A stretch of 64,000 bases of DNA from Selaginella moellendorffii. Taxonomy: Eukaryota > Plantae > Lycopodiophyta. Shown piece by piece: positions 50,411 through 62,279 of the stretch. The translations under genes and the position numbers were made by a program. The stretch's first letter is position 1. Each line of letters opens with the position of its first letter. A model generated the notes under the pieces. That model was given only the letters and a program-made list of their open reading frames with translations, searched no databases and was not told the origin of the DNA. The stretch is taken from the NCBI RefSeq assembly GCF_000143415.4, contig NW_003314263.1, forward strand, positions 2,072,749 through 2,136,748, in the 5' to 3' direction.

Positions 50411-51977
50411 TGTGAGACACAAATCCCTAATCCCCAAAATGGAGATGAAAGGGTGCCACATGGTAATGGCTGAAGCGAAAGCCAAACAAGCGTAACACAT
50501 TTGGACTAAAAGCTACAACTTGAAAGGTCAAGAGCAAGAGTGGAACTCCTAACGAAGTGCTCGAGGAATAAGCACAAAATGAGCAATAAGTGAGTCTCTA
50601 AAAAAGGGACACAAGAGGGCCAACACATGACACGTAGAGGAGTTTGAGATGGACCTGAGATGGAGTCTGAGATGGAGTTCGAGATGGAGTCCAAGATGGA
50701 TCTGAGATGGAATCTGAGATGGAACCCAAGATAGAGTTCGAGATGGAGTCTGAGATGGAGTCCGAGATGGACTCAAGATGGACTCAAGATGGAGTTCAAG
50801 ATGGACCTGAGATGGAGCCTAAGATGGACCGAGATGGAGTTCGAGATGGACCTGAGATGGAATCTGAAATAGAGACCGAGAAGGACCCGAGGTGGAGTCC
50901 GAGGTCGAGACTGAGATCGAGACCGAGGCCGAGACCGAGTTCGAGTTTGAGTCTGAGTCCGAGTCCGAGTTTGAATCCGAGGGTGAAAGCCCAAAGTGTT
51001 CATCTCCCAGACCCTAGGGGGTTTGGTGAGCTCCAAAAGTATAGTAGGGGGAAGGCTCTAGTGGAGCCAGTTTGGCTAGGAAAGGCTAATTTGGCCCAGG
51101 AAGGTTGTACCTAGGTGTTGTGTGATGGGATAACCACTGGGAAGTCCAAGGCTAGAGTGAATACAGATTGATAAGCGAGGTAGCTTGGTGAAGTGTTCAA
51201 GAGCCAATTCTAGTTCCCCTGAGAGATCGAATGGCTGATGCTCCCAATTCAAGTGTTGGTGGCACTATCTACTTGGATACCTGGCGTGGCTCAATGGAAC
51301 TTTGCTCTAAGCCCATAGCTAGAGCACCCAAAGGTAGAAGGTAGGGAGAGTACCTATGAGGCTCACGTAGGGCCACGGTGTTCCGAAATGTTGTTCCAAA
51401 GTCCCAAACTATAGAAAGGAAGAAGAGTGGTCCTTTGGTGTAGTGACCAATGATACAATCATGTGGTGAGAAAATCCCAGAGGACAGTGGGACTTAGTGG
51501 TCGAACTTATGGGCCTTGTCTCAGTGGTAGTGTTGGCAAACACGGCCATGGACAGAAAAGGGATTTGGTGGGGACTGTAAAAGAAATATTGGGAAAGGTT
51601 GTTCCCTATGTCTGCGAGCATCTTAAGGATGCTAAGGAGTGGACCTAAGATGGTCACTCATGGACGGATGGCCCAGTCTTTGAGAGACGGGACTGCGATG
51701 TAAGTGGTGTTAGACCACCGGTGTGACCAAGGTGAATGGGCATGGCCTTAGCATAATGGACTAGTATGTCAGTGGTACCTTGGGGTGTCAGTCATAGGAT
51801 CGGACACATGGAACACTTGGACCAAGTGCAATGGTTGAGTGGCATAGATGCCATTCTCGAGGCTACCAAGTCCCTAAATCCAGAATAGGATTTACAAAAG
51901 TTGTGAGTGAGACTCCCCTAAGTGGTCGAAGGTGTGGTTAAGTGACTAAAGTAGAATGAAAAATTTAGTCACTTACA
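50411..51977 (+). mobile_element. Long solo LTR (1567 bp) with an internal 10-12 bp tandem array
   Basis: Runs TGTGAGACAC...CTTACA with TSD TCCTG/TCTTG. A GAGATGGA(GT)CC-type array lies at ~50640-50980. Confidence 0.88.
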
Positions 51978-53330
51978 TCTTGATACATGGTTAGATTGAT
52001 TAATGTAAAACTCAGTATATCTAACTTGAACAGTCTAGTGCAAATAGCATCGAGGATGTGGTGAATGAGATGAGAACACCCAATCTCAGTTGCTATGGAC
52101 TTTTTGCTGGAAGGGGTAACTTGGGTGCACTACCAAGTGTGGGGGATGCTCCTAGAGTCATGGTCAACAACTTAAAAGTTTGGAAGACCTAGTATTTATT
52201 AGCAAACCTGTTAAGAGGTCAAGGTGAGATCATTAAGTGATCTTTTAGCTAAATAAGAATAAAGTTCTTGTTAGGTTAAGGAATAAGGTTTTTAGTTTAA
52301 AGTGTTGATTTGAACTATTAGCAATGGTGTAACTTGGTCAAGGTGATCAAGTGGGAAGGACACTTAAGGGAAATGAACTATGACAATACAATGGTATTAT
52401 GAGTTTAGGAAAATATCTTTATAGAAGGACCTATGGGTAGGTCACAAAGTTGGGCTGTAGATAAAGCCCACAACCAAAAAATGTTAAAAAAACTTACTAA
52501 GGGTGAACACATCTAGATTTGGTAAAATAAAACCTTTGCTAAGAAGCCAAAAGGATACCTCAAAGATGGAAGTAGTAATCATATAGCGTTTGATGCAAAA
52601 ATCAAAGGATAGAAGCAAAAAACTAATGGCCAAGAATGGGCCTTGGAAATTATTGGAGGGTATTCAAATGACAAGTTAAGTAAAGAACCACCATCTAATG
52701 GATGCTAACGGATTGTAGGAAAGAAAATGTATTTCTAATGATGGAATTCCCAAATGCTCTAATTTGTGAAGATGAAAGCTCCAAAAGATTGAGTGGCAAG
52801 GTAGCCAAATGATAGGGCTATAGGCAGCCCTAATATAAATGATGGATAAATGGAATTTAGTGTTTAGGGTGGTATGAAATAAAAGAGAGGATAATTATGC
52901 TCTTAATTAAAGGATTTCCTAGAATGGGGAAGTGGAATTTACACAACATGTGCAATGCAAGGTGTTTGAGACATTAAAGAAATTGACTTGAGAAGTCAAT
53001 ATTATAATTTTAAAGTATGATGGTTATGTTGATGGAGGCTAAGACTACTTTAGAATGAATAGTAAGATTGAGATAAAGAAGGTATCTCTAACAGGTTTAA
53101 TAAGAACTAAACGAACAAAGGGAGAGAACCATCACATGTGATCTAATGAGACTTTAAGTTGGAGAGATTATACTCCTTAAAGGATGGAAAAAGCAAAGTG
53201 AGCCTTTAGTGTTGTACCATTAATAAATATTAGCTTGGTGCTAAGGAAAATGGTAATCTATGATGGGGTTACTTTATGAAATGGTTATCATTTGATGAGG
53301 ACATTGAACTTCGTTTATAGGTGGTAGAGT

Positions 53331-53716
53331 TGTGAGACACAAATCCCTAAGCCCCAAAGTGAAGCCGAGAGGGTGCCACGTAATAGTAGCCAAATAAAAG
53401 CTAAACAAGCATAACACATTTCGATTAAAAGCTTCAACTCGAAAAGTTGAGAGCAAGAGTGGAACTCCCAATAAAGTGCTCAAAGAATGAGCACAAAGTG
53501 ATCAATATGCAAGCCTCTAGAAAAGGGACACAATAGGACTAACACATACATGTGGAAGTGTCAAGACCAAGTCCGAGATGGAGTCCAAGAAGGAGTCCAA
53601 GATGGAGTCCGAGATGGAGTCCGAGTTGGAGTCCAAGATGAACCTGAAATGGACCCGAGATGGAGTTCGAGAAGGAGTCTGAGATGGACCCAAGATGGAG
53701 TCTGAGAAGGAGTTTA
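53331..53716 (+). mobile_element. 5' part of a long LTR preceded by a purine-rich tract (probable truncated 3' LTR)
   Basis: aggtggtagagt|TGTGAGACACAAATCCCTAAG. Homology stops within the tandem array. Confidence 0.75.
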
Positions 53717-53979
53717 TAGCATATGTGGTTTTCACCTTTTATCCTATAGTGATTTACCATAGGATAACCACAAAGCGAAACCTAAACTCTCTATATGCCA
53801 CATGTTATATACCATATGCCACATGCCACATGTCCAAAGGATAATAGAGCAAAACCCAAGCTTCAAGGCCTTGGGCCATTGAATGAAGGAACGGAGCTAA
53901 ACTTCTAAGCGTAGAGCCAAAGAGCAAAGAAATTGAAGTATAGAGCAACTCCTAAGTGTACAGCCCAAAGAGTTAAGGG

Positions 53980-56107
53980 TGTAAGCGACTAATTTTTCCA
54001 TTCTACTTTAGTCACTTAACCACACTTCCAACCACTTAGAGGAGTCTCATTCACAACCTCCATAAGTCCAATTTAGGACTTGGGACTTGCTAGCCCCAAG
54101 AATGGCATCCATGCCACTCCACACTTGCACCTGGTCCAAGTGCTCCACGTGTCCGGTCCCAAGACCGACACCCAAAGGTACCACTGACATCTCGGCCCGT
54201 TACGCTAAGGCCATGCCCATTCACCTTTGCTGCACTAGTGGTCCAATACCACTTGCATCACCATCCCGTCTCTCCAAGACTGGGCCGTCTATCCACGAGT
54301 GGTCATCCTAGATTCACTCCTTAGCATCCTTAGGATGCCCACAGACCTGGGGAATCGCCTTCCCCAAAGTCCCTTTGTCAGTTCCTACCAAGTCCCTTCC
54401 TGCCCCTGGCCGTGTTTACCAACACTGCCACTGGATCGAGGCCCACAGGCCCGACCACTAAGTCCCATGGTCCTCTGGGACTTCCTCACCACACGACTGT
54501 GTCCTTGGTCACTACCCCAAAGGACTGCTCCTCTTCCTTTCCACAGTCTAGGCTTTTGGGACAACATTTCGGAACACCGTGGCCTTACGCGAGCCACCTG
54601 GGTACTCTCCCCGCCTTTCGCCTTTAGGTGCTCTAGCCATGGGCTTAGAGCGAGGTTCCGTTGAGCCACGCCTGGTATCCAAGTAGGTAGTGCCACCCAC
54701 ACTTGGACTGGGAGCATCGGCCAGTCGATCTCCCGGGGGAACTAGAGCCGGCTCTTGAACACATCACCAAGCTACCCCGCTTGTCGGTCTGTGTTCACTC
54801 TAGTCTTGGACTTCCCAGTGGGCAGCTCATCACCCAACACTGGGTCTGGCCTTCCTGGGCCAAACTGGCCTTTCCTGGCCAAACTGGCTCCACTGCAGTC
54901 CTCCCCCTTCGTGTCTAAGTCTTTGCCAAGACCAACACCGCTCTTTCTCATGCCAACCATTAGCACTGCCCCATAGAGGTCACACACAACTTTATGTCAA
55001 AGTTGTTTTCTTCTGGGAACACCTTTCCCATAACTTTAGCATGGCACATTTTGCCATCGATGAGATACTCTCTGTTCTCATCCTTGGATCCTATGATCCC
55101 CCCCCATCCTTTGTGGGGTACAACGCACCTTAGTCCAAGTGCTTCATTCAGTCCCTTTTAGGACCTTCCCTTGACTCTACTTGAGTCGTCTAGCAGTTTT
55201 GGACTTGGTTAATCCACCGACCCGTAAGGTCCTACTTGTGAGGCACTAGCTCACTGGAATACACATCTTGCATTCCGGTCCTACTCAAAAGGACTATTTT
55301 CACAAGCGTTACTCCGACACTTGATTTTGTTCTCTAGGGGCAACCTTTGCCCCTTAGGACTACTTGTCCATGTGATGAGAATACCAACTCATCCACTTAA
55401 TACACCCCCAACTCCTTGGGTTGTTCCAGCATTTATTAGAGGTAGCCCCGGCTACCATTTCAAGGACTTGAGTCCTCTTCCGTATTTGACCTTCCACGGT
55501 CATTACCTTTGGTCTCACATTCATGAGCACCAACCTCAACTATATGAGGATAATCTTGTGACTCCTTTATTGTTTTGGAGTCTCTATCTTTCCCGTGATC
55601 CCAACTTTAGTTGTTTACCACAACAACCTAAGCCAATTTGCTGAGACAAATGCTCATCCGGATCACATCCTCAACTCAATGAGGAAAACCTTGCATTGTT
55701 CCCAAGACCCCAAAGTCGTTCCATTATTGGCCCTTTTCTATCCACCACCTCGTCTACAAGTTCACACATGAACTGTAATGGAGAGCCATGTCTTCCCGAC
55801 TTGCTACTCCTCAAGGATAGGCCCACTCCTCGGACCTTCCAATGCCAACACTAGTGGTGATATACTTGAGCACCAATAAAAGTCGGACTAAGGAACAGCT
55901 CCGATACCAAGTTGTAAGCTCTTGAGTTTGGACTTCCTGGAAGGTCACCCAGCCCAGTACTATTCAAACCCAAGGACACTTAACTCCAAAATATCCCAAG
56001 ACCCTTAACCGATTGGAAAAGGGGGTGCACTCTTGTTCATGGGCCCTTTCCCTCTATATTTGAACCCCATGGATCGTCTCTCAAGTCGTTCTCTTTGGTT
56101 GCTTACA
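53980..56107 (-). mobile_element. Chimeric non-autonomous LTR element: 195-bp 5S-bearing 5' LTR (56107-55913), PBS, ~1 kb internal region, PPT, unrelated 918-bp 3' LTR (54897-53980)
   Basis: Perfect TSD AAGGG at 53975-53979 and 56108-56112. PBS TGGTATCGGAGC at 55909-55898 and PPT GAAGGGGGAGGA at 54910-54899. Both LTRs run TG..CA. Confidence 0.82.
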
Positions 56108-56691
56108 AAGGGATAGAGCAACTTGGAATAGTCCTAGAGCATCTAATATCCCAATACTAAGACCAACATGCAAAACGGAACCAAATGGAGTTCAGCACTA
56201 TTTTAACATACCAATGGTCTAATGCAAGAATATGGGTACTCCACCAATTAGCATGGTATGGAACTTGGGTTTAAACCCAAACCGGATACAGAACAAAAAC
56301 AAATACACAAGTGGGAGCTAGATTATACCTTAAGTTGGCCATAGACATCAAACAAAGCAATAGACGTTCGTCCAACTTGAGAGAAAAGCTGGAGAAGCAT
56401 CTCAGTGCCACCCCAATGGATATAGCATTTAGGTCACGCTAGGTCACGGTTAATGAACTTTGGCTTTGTGAAATTGCTACCTGTGTCCATGCATGTAGAG
56501 GTAATGCCTTCTGCTGTTTGGCTCTAATAGGCTGGACGAGACGAATTCGGAGGATGAGTTCATTGCCAACCTTTAGGATACTGTTTAGTGGCTTAGAGGT
56601 ACCTCTTTCTTGCCACCTCTTTCTCTATTGTTACCTTACCATGGATTTTTACTTCAAAGAGAGTAATCCTTTCCACATAAACATACCCTCA

Positions 56692-56885
56692 TGTAAGCAA
56701 CCAAAGGGAACGACTTGAGAGACGATCCATGGGGTTCAAATATAGAGGGAAAGGGCCCATGAACAAGAGTGCACCCCCTTTTCCAATCGGTTAAGGGTCT
56801 TGGGATACTTGGAGTTAAGCGTCCTTGGGTTTGAATAGTACTGGGCTGGGTGACCTCTCGGGAAGTCCAAACTCAGGAGCTTACA
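56692..56885 (+). mobile_element. Cassandra-like solo LTR carrying a 5S rRNA internal promoter segment
   Basis: Runs TGTAAG...CTTACA with perfect TSD CCTCA. 56813-56868 AGTTAAGCGTCCTTGGGTTTGAATAGTACTGGGCTGGGTGACCTCTCGGGAAGTCC aligns to the plant 5S box A-box C region. Confidence 0.9.
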
Positions 56886-58611
56886 CCTCACTTGATAAAC
56901 TCTACAGCCTTCTCGTAGAGTGTTCTAGGCTACTTTGTTGTGGACCGTGATTCCAACTGGATCATCACTTTGGAGAGCTCGATGGTCCAGCCTTGTTGCA
57001 CTCACATCAATATTGCTTTTCAAAGTCTACCAATGCAATCCTAGACAAGTAGAAGAGCTAGAGTTTTTTTGCACATCAATCTTGAAAGGCTTTGGAGGTT
57101 TTCTTTGTCCTAGTTCCCATGAACTTCTCAAAAATCGGTGACTCCAAACATTGTTAAAAGATTTTCCAGAGAAGTTCCTTGGCTAATTACACTAGAGGAA
57201 GGTGCATGGAAGGCAAAGTTCCATGGCCAATGAGGCAGCACATATTCCTTGAGCAGCCAATCAATTGCATGCCTACATAATCTTCCAATTAGAACTTCCC
57301 GAAAATGAGAGGAATTAGGGATTTGATTGTGAACATTAAACCTTTAAGGGAGTATTTTAGTCAACAACAAAACTTTTTTAGACTCGATACTAGTTCTATA
57401 TAATCTTATTCATTCAATCTCTTCTTTTCTAAGTTGCTGCTAAAGAGAGTGAAACTATTGATCCTTTCTAAAGCAAAACTAGTCTAAGGTGGAAAAATAT
57501 TGTCAACAAAGCTAAGCTGAAGCTTAGAGTTTGGACATGTTTGAAACTATAACAAAGGATGTGAAAGGAAAGGTGATTTTTGAGATTCTTTGTTTAGAAT
57601 GCAACAAAGATTTCAATAGTGGTGTTAAGCATGACATAGTGAGAATTTTTGTCTCATTTGAAAATTGAAGGGCATAAGAAAGCAATGAAACAATTCCTAG
57701 GAGAGAGTACTAATGACAGCTCGATCAATTCACTTCCAATAATTGAGATTGAACAAAAAGCTTGTAGAGGAAATTATGGCTGTGGTTATTGAATTTTGCA
57801 AGACACTGAATTGTGACTTGGTCTTATTGCCACTTTAACAAGATAACTTTTTATTTTTGGTATTTTTATTGATAGGTATTTTTTTTCTTATTCTGGATAG
57901 ATATTTAAAGATAAATGCACATGTTTTTTAATACAAAACTTTTTTCAAAATGAGACTGTTACTCAAAAGTTTTCATTAGGGGTGATGATGTTGCACCAAA
58001 ACATTGTGGAGACAATGTGATATTAATCCCAAGGATGTGTACATTGGATACCTTCCTCTTACACACATTCTTGAGTTGACTGCAGTAGTAAGTTCTTTGG
58101 TTGCTTTGGTCTTAGAAGAAAAGATGCACATGTTTCGCATGCATGTAGAATACAATGAGTGCTAATGATATATACATCAAGAAACCAAAGTGCCAACACT
58201 ACTCCGTAGTAGTGGTTTGTGGCCATAATGGCCTCAGTTGTGATGTTTTATATAGTTGCCATATATGGCTTTTATGGTTCTCTTGAAGTGCTCTTTGTAT
58301 GGCAAGGAATTTGTTTGCTTTTTTTCTTCTTTACACTAACATATTACATTTGTTTTAGATTTCTGTTGAACAGCCTCTGTGTTGGATGCCATGGAATTGG
58401 ATTGGCATGATATATTTTGACTTGCACAAAACACAAGACTGAGAAGGGACAAAGATAATGTGGACTTAAGAGTTTTTGGTATCATCTTGCATTAGCAATG
58501 CACGCTTTAGAATGCTTAGGTAAAACTTTTATCTTGAAGAACGAAGAGTTTCTCACTACATAAACTCAACAACCCTTCTATAGTTGGGCATAAGTCAAAC
58601 AAAAATAATCT

Positions 58612-58893
58612 GATTTTGGGTCCATCTCAGGTTCATCTCAAGTTCATCTCAGACTCAATCCCAACACTTCTACATATCATGTGTAGGTCCTTTTATGTTC
58701 CTTTTCTAGAGGCTCACTTATTGATCACTTCGTGTTTATTCGAGCACTTTGTTGGGAGTTCCACTCTCACTCTCAATTTTTCAAATTAAAGCTTTTAGTC
58801 CAAACGTGTTACATTTGTTTAGCTTCTACTTCAACCACTACTATATGACACCCTCTCAACTCCACTTTAGGGCTTAGGGATTTGTGTCTCACA
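58612..58893 (-). mobile_element. 5' fragment of a long LTR
   Basis: The reverse complement starts TGTGAGACACAAATCCCTAAG. Confidence 0.8.
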
Positions 58894-59107
58894 TACCATT
58901 TAGAAATGTTATAGTACAATAGCACTTGACAGGCCTGTGGCCCTCACCATAGTGTTGCTTAGCTAGGGGCCATAGCCATGGCACTACCAAATGAAGGCTG
59001 TGGCTAGGCTATGCTAAATCACTTGAGTTAAGCAAGAAATGGCAATGGGAGGTGAGTATCAAGATGGAACCTAACATTTAGTAGATCTAACACAATATCA
59101 AGCAATT

Positions 59108-61229
59108 TGTAAACAACTAAATTTTTCATTTTACTTTAGTCACTTAACCATGCTTTTGACCTTTTGGAAGAGTCTCACCCACAACTTCCATAGGTCCTTA
59201 TCTGCCTTGAGGTACTTGCTTACCCCCAAATGTGATCTCAAGATTTAAACTTAATCCAAATGTTCTATGTATCAAAAGTACCACTAACATCTTAGTCTAT
59301 TACATTAAACTTATATCCATTTGCATTTGTCTCATTGATAGTCCAATATCACCCACAACACAATCCCATTTTTTCAAGATTGGGCCCTCTATTCATGAGT
59401 AGTTATCATATGACCACACTTTAGCATCCTTAACACATGAGGAACACTATCCCTTGATAGCCTCCCAACACCACCACTAGTTTAGGGTTCGAAGGCCAAT
59501 CCCATTAACCTTTAAGACTTCCTTACCACATAACTATACCTTTAGTCACCAAGCAAAAAGACCACTTCACTTTGTTTCCATGATCTGAGATTTTAGGACA
59601 ACATTTCAAAACACTGTGGCCGAATGCAAGCATTGTAGGTACTCCTCTCACCTTTCATCATTAAAGTGCCCTAGCTATATGGCTAAAATGAGGTTTTGAT
59701 AAGCCATGCAAGGTATCCAAGTAGGTAGTGCCACCCACACTTGGATTAAAAGTATTGACTATCCAATCTCCTAAGGGAGCTAAAGTTACCTTTAGGACAA
59801 TTCACCAAGTTACTCCATCCATATTCACTATAGCTTTGGATTCCTTAATAGTTATATCATCTCCCCCCACATATGTGTAACCTTCTTCGGTTACACTAGC
59901 CTTTTTTGGCTAAATTAGTTACACTAAAGTCCTCCCAGTATTATCCCATAGGGACTCACTAAACCCCCTAGGGTTTAGGAGACAACCTCTTTGGGCTTTC
60001 ACCCTCAAACTCAAATTTGGATGCAAATTCAAACCCGGTCTCAAACTTGATCTTAATTTGGGTCTCGGTCTTGAACTCCATCTTGGACTCCTTCTCTGAC
60101 TCCATTTTAGACTACATATCAAATTCCATCCCAGACTTCATCTCACATTCCTCGGACTCTATTTTAGACTCTAGTGTGTGTAACCTTCTTTAGTCACACT
60201 GGCCTTTTTTGGTTAAATTAAATCCTCCCAATACTATTCAAGACTCGTATTAAGCCTAGTCTTGACACTTCCACATGCCACAACACTTGCCATAAGTTGG
60301 TAATTTTTTTGTCCCCTTTTTGAGACTCACTCCCCAATTGCTTCATGATCGTTCCTTGAGCACTTCTTTGGGATGGTAAGTGTTAGTAATTTTTTTGTCC
60401 CCTTTTCAAAACTCACTCTCTAATTGCTTAGAAATAAACACTTTATTGGGATGGTAAATGTTGGTAATTTTTTGTCCCCTTTTCGAGACTCAATCCCCAA
60501 TTTGCTTCATACTTATTCCTTGAGCACTTCTTTGGGAATTCCACTCTTGCTTTCAATTTTCTGAGTTAGAACTTTTAATCCAAACATGTTATGCTTGTTG
60601 GGCTTTTACTTCGGCCACTACCATATGGCACACTTTGGGCTCCACTTTGAGACTTAGGAATTTGTGTAATGTCTTAAATTTAGACTTTTTAGGAGGTCAC
60701 CCAATCTAATATTAAGGACATTTAACTCTAAGTATTCCAAAACCCTTAACTGATTAGAAAATAGGGTGCACTCTTGTTCATAAGCCTTTCCTTCTATATT
60801 TAAACTCTATGGATCGTTTTTCAAGTCATTCTCTTTAGTTATTTACAATTCACCATATTTCTCTACAAGTTCACGCCCTCGTGAATGGAAGCTGAAAACC
60901 ACAACTCTCCCGAAAGCCCCACTCTCTTGACACCCTACCCCTAGAAAACTAGACATGCTAGATGTCAATTAACATGTGGTATAATTCCCTTAAGCAACTA
61001 ATAGAGTCGGATTTAAGACCTTTTTAATACCAAATGTAAGCTCCTGAATTTAGACTTCCAGAAGGTTACTCAACCCAGTAGTATTCAAACCCAAAAATAC
61101 TTAACCCCAAATATCCCAAGACCCTTAACCGATTGAAAAAGGGGGTGCACTTTTATTTATGGGCCCTTTTTCTTTATATTTAAACCCCATGGATTGTTAT
61201 CTTCAGTTTCTTATAATTTTTTTCTCACA
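59108..61229 (-). mobile_element. Long solo LTR (decayed) containing a nested TRIM
   Basis: Perfect TSD CAATT at 59103-59107 and 61230-61234. Homologous to 50411-51977, with an internal ~85 bp triplication at 60290-60530. Confidence 0.85.
60665..61215 (-). mobile_element. Full-length Cassandra-like TRIM (~550 bp, decayed)
   Basis: Two copies of the 5S-bearing LTR (60665-60847 and 61035-61215) flank a ~190 bp internal region. There is a decayed PBS TGGTATTA, a purine-rich tract before the 3' LTR, and flanks ATTTG/ATTTT. Confidence 0.8.
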
Positions 61230-62279
61230 CAATTTATGTAGTAGGTATTTCACAATAAAACTCTCTTTAGTGGTTAAGTTATAAATTTTCCTTTTCTAAT
61301 TTGCCAATTTACTTTGTCTATCCAACTATTACCTTAGCCTCAATTAAGTTCCCTTGCCAAGGTTCCCGCCTATTTTACCAACTCTTACTTGGTCTTATTC
61401 AGATTCAACTTCTCACTACACAAGTAACAAAGTGTTATCTATTTATCTATAGATTCCCAAACTTTCTCTTAATTCCCTTCCTTAGGTTAAGCTAAATTTA
61501 AAGTTAGACTACACTCCCCATAGACTCAAGAAGCCAAACATACCAAACCTCCAAGTTTCTAACATCCCTTAGTAAAACAAAATTTAATCACAAAACCCTT
61601 TAAATCCTAAGTTTTTGGTGCATCTCTTTTACAGGGAAATATTTTAATAACCCAGTATGGATACCCCTACTCTCCCACCTCCGTCCCAAAGGGAAAGCCC
61701 AAGCCCTTAAGAAGGAGCAAGGACTAGTACTCAAGTGGGGCAACATCCCATCTGAGCTAAAAACATTGCAATCAATTTTCCTTCTGGGAGTGAGAGTTGT
61801 TTTTGAGCTTTCTCTTGAATGGCTTCTTTGGCACCCCTCGAGTCCATGTTCACCCACCAAGGCCACCAACCCCCCAATCTTAACCTCAACTCGATTTAGA
61901 AACACAATTGGAGAGTTCTTTCAAAATTAAGTCCATCCCTACTATCCTTTTAGAACCATCCCCATCCGCCCATCCCCCCCCCCCCCTCGAATCTTGGACT
62001 CAACCTCGGACTTAGTTTCAAACTTCATCTTATATGATGAACTCTTTATCATTTCGGTCATGATTTCGAAAATTCTTTACCCTATGATGTTTGGAGGTTT
62101 TATGATGCAGTACAAATCCCACTATATCAACTACCATCAACATGTTAGTTCAATTTGGAGGATTAAAGGGAGAGTTAGCCAGATTGCACAGCCAAGATTA
62201 TAACCCTAATAGCAAAGTATATTGTATTGTGGTAATGCTCATTTTTGGTTTTTGATATCTAAGTGTAGAAATATTTCAC

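Noticed and set aside
50640-51114. CRISPR-like array or repetitive protein ORF (MESE repeats)
   Set aside because: These are head-to-tail 10-12 bp units without unique spacers, inside an LTR. The ORFs are by-products of the repeat.
48300-53330. gag-pol remnants between LTRs
   Set aside because: Probably retroelement internal DNA, but too decayed for me to read any RT, RNase H or integrase motif.
54780-54825. 5S-like relic (TGGGTGA..CTGGGAAGTCC) in the long-LTR family
   Set aside because: An ~11-nt match with wrong spacing and no box A. It could be chance.
56813-56868. 5S rRNA gene
   Set aside because: Only ~56 nt of the internal control region is present, embedded in a TSD-flanked LTR. The 5' and 3' ends of 5S are absent.
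57530-58520. Zinc-finger-like relic (CLECNKDF..HLKIEGHKK) and exon-like pieces
   Set aside because: A single short frameshifted motif. The parent family cannot be named.
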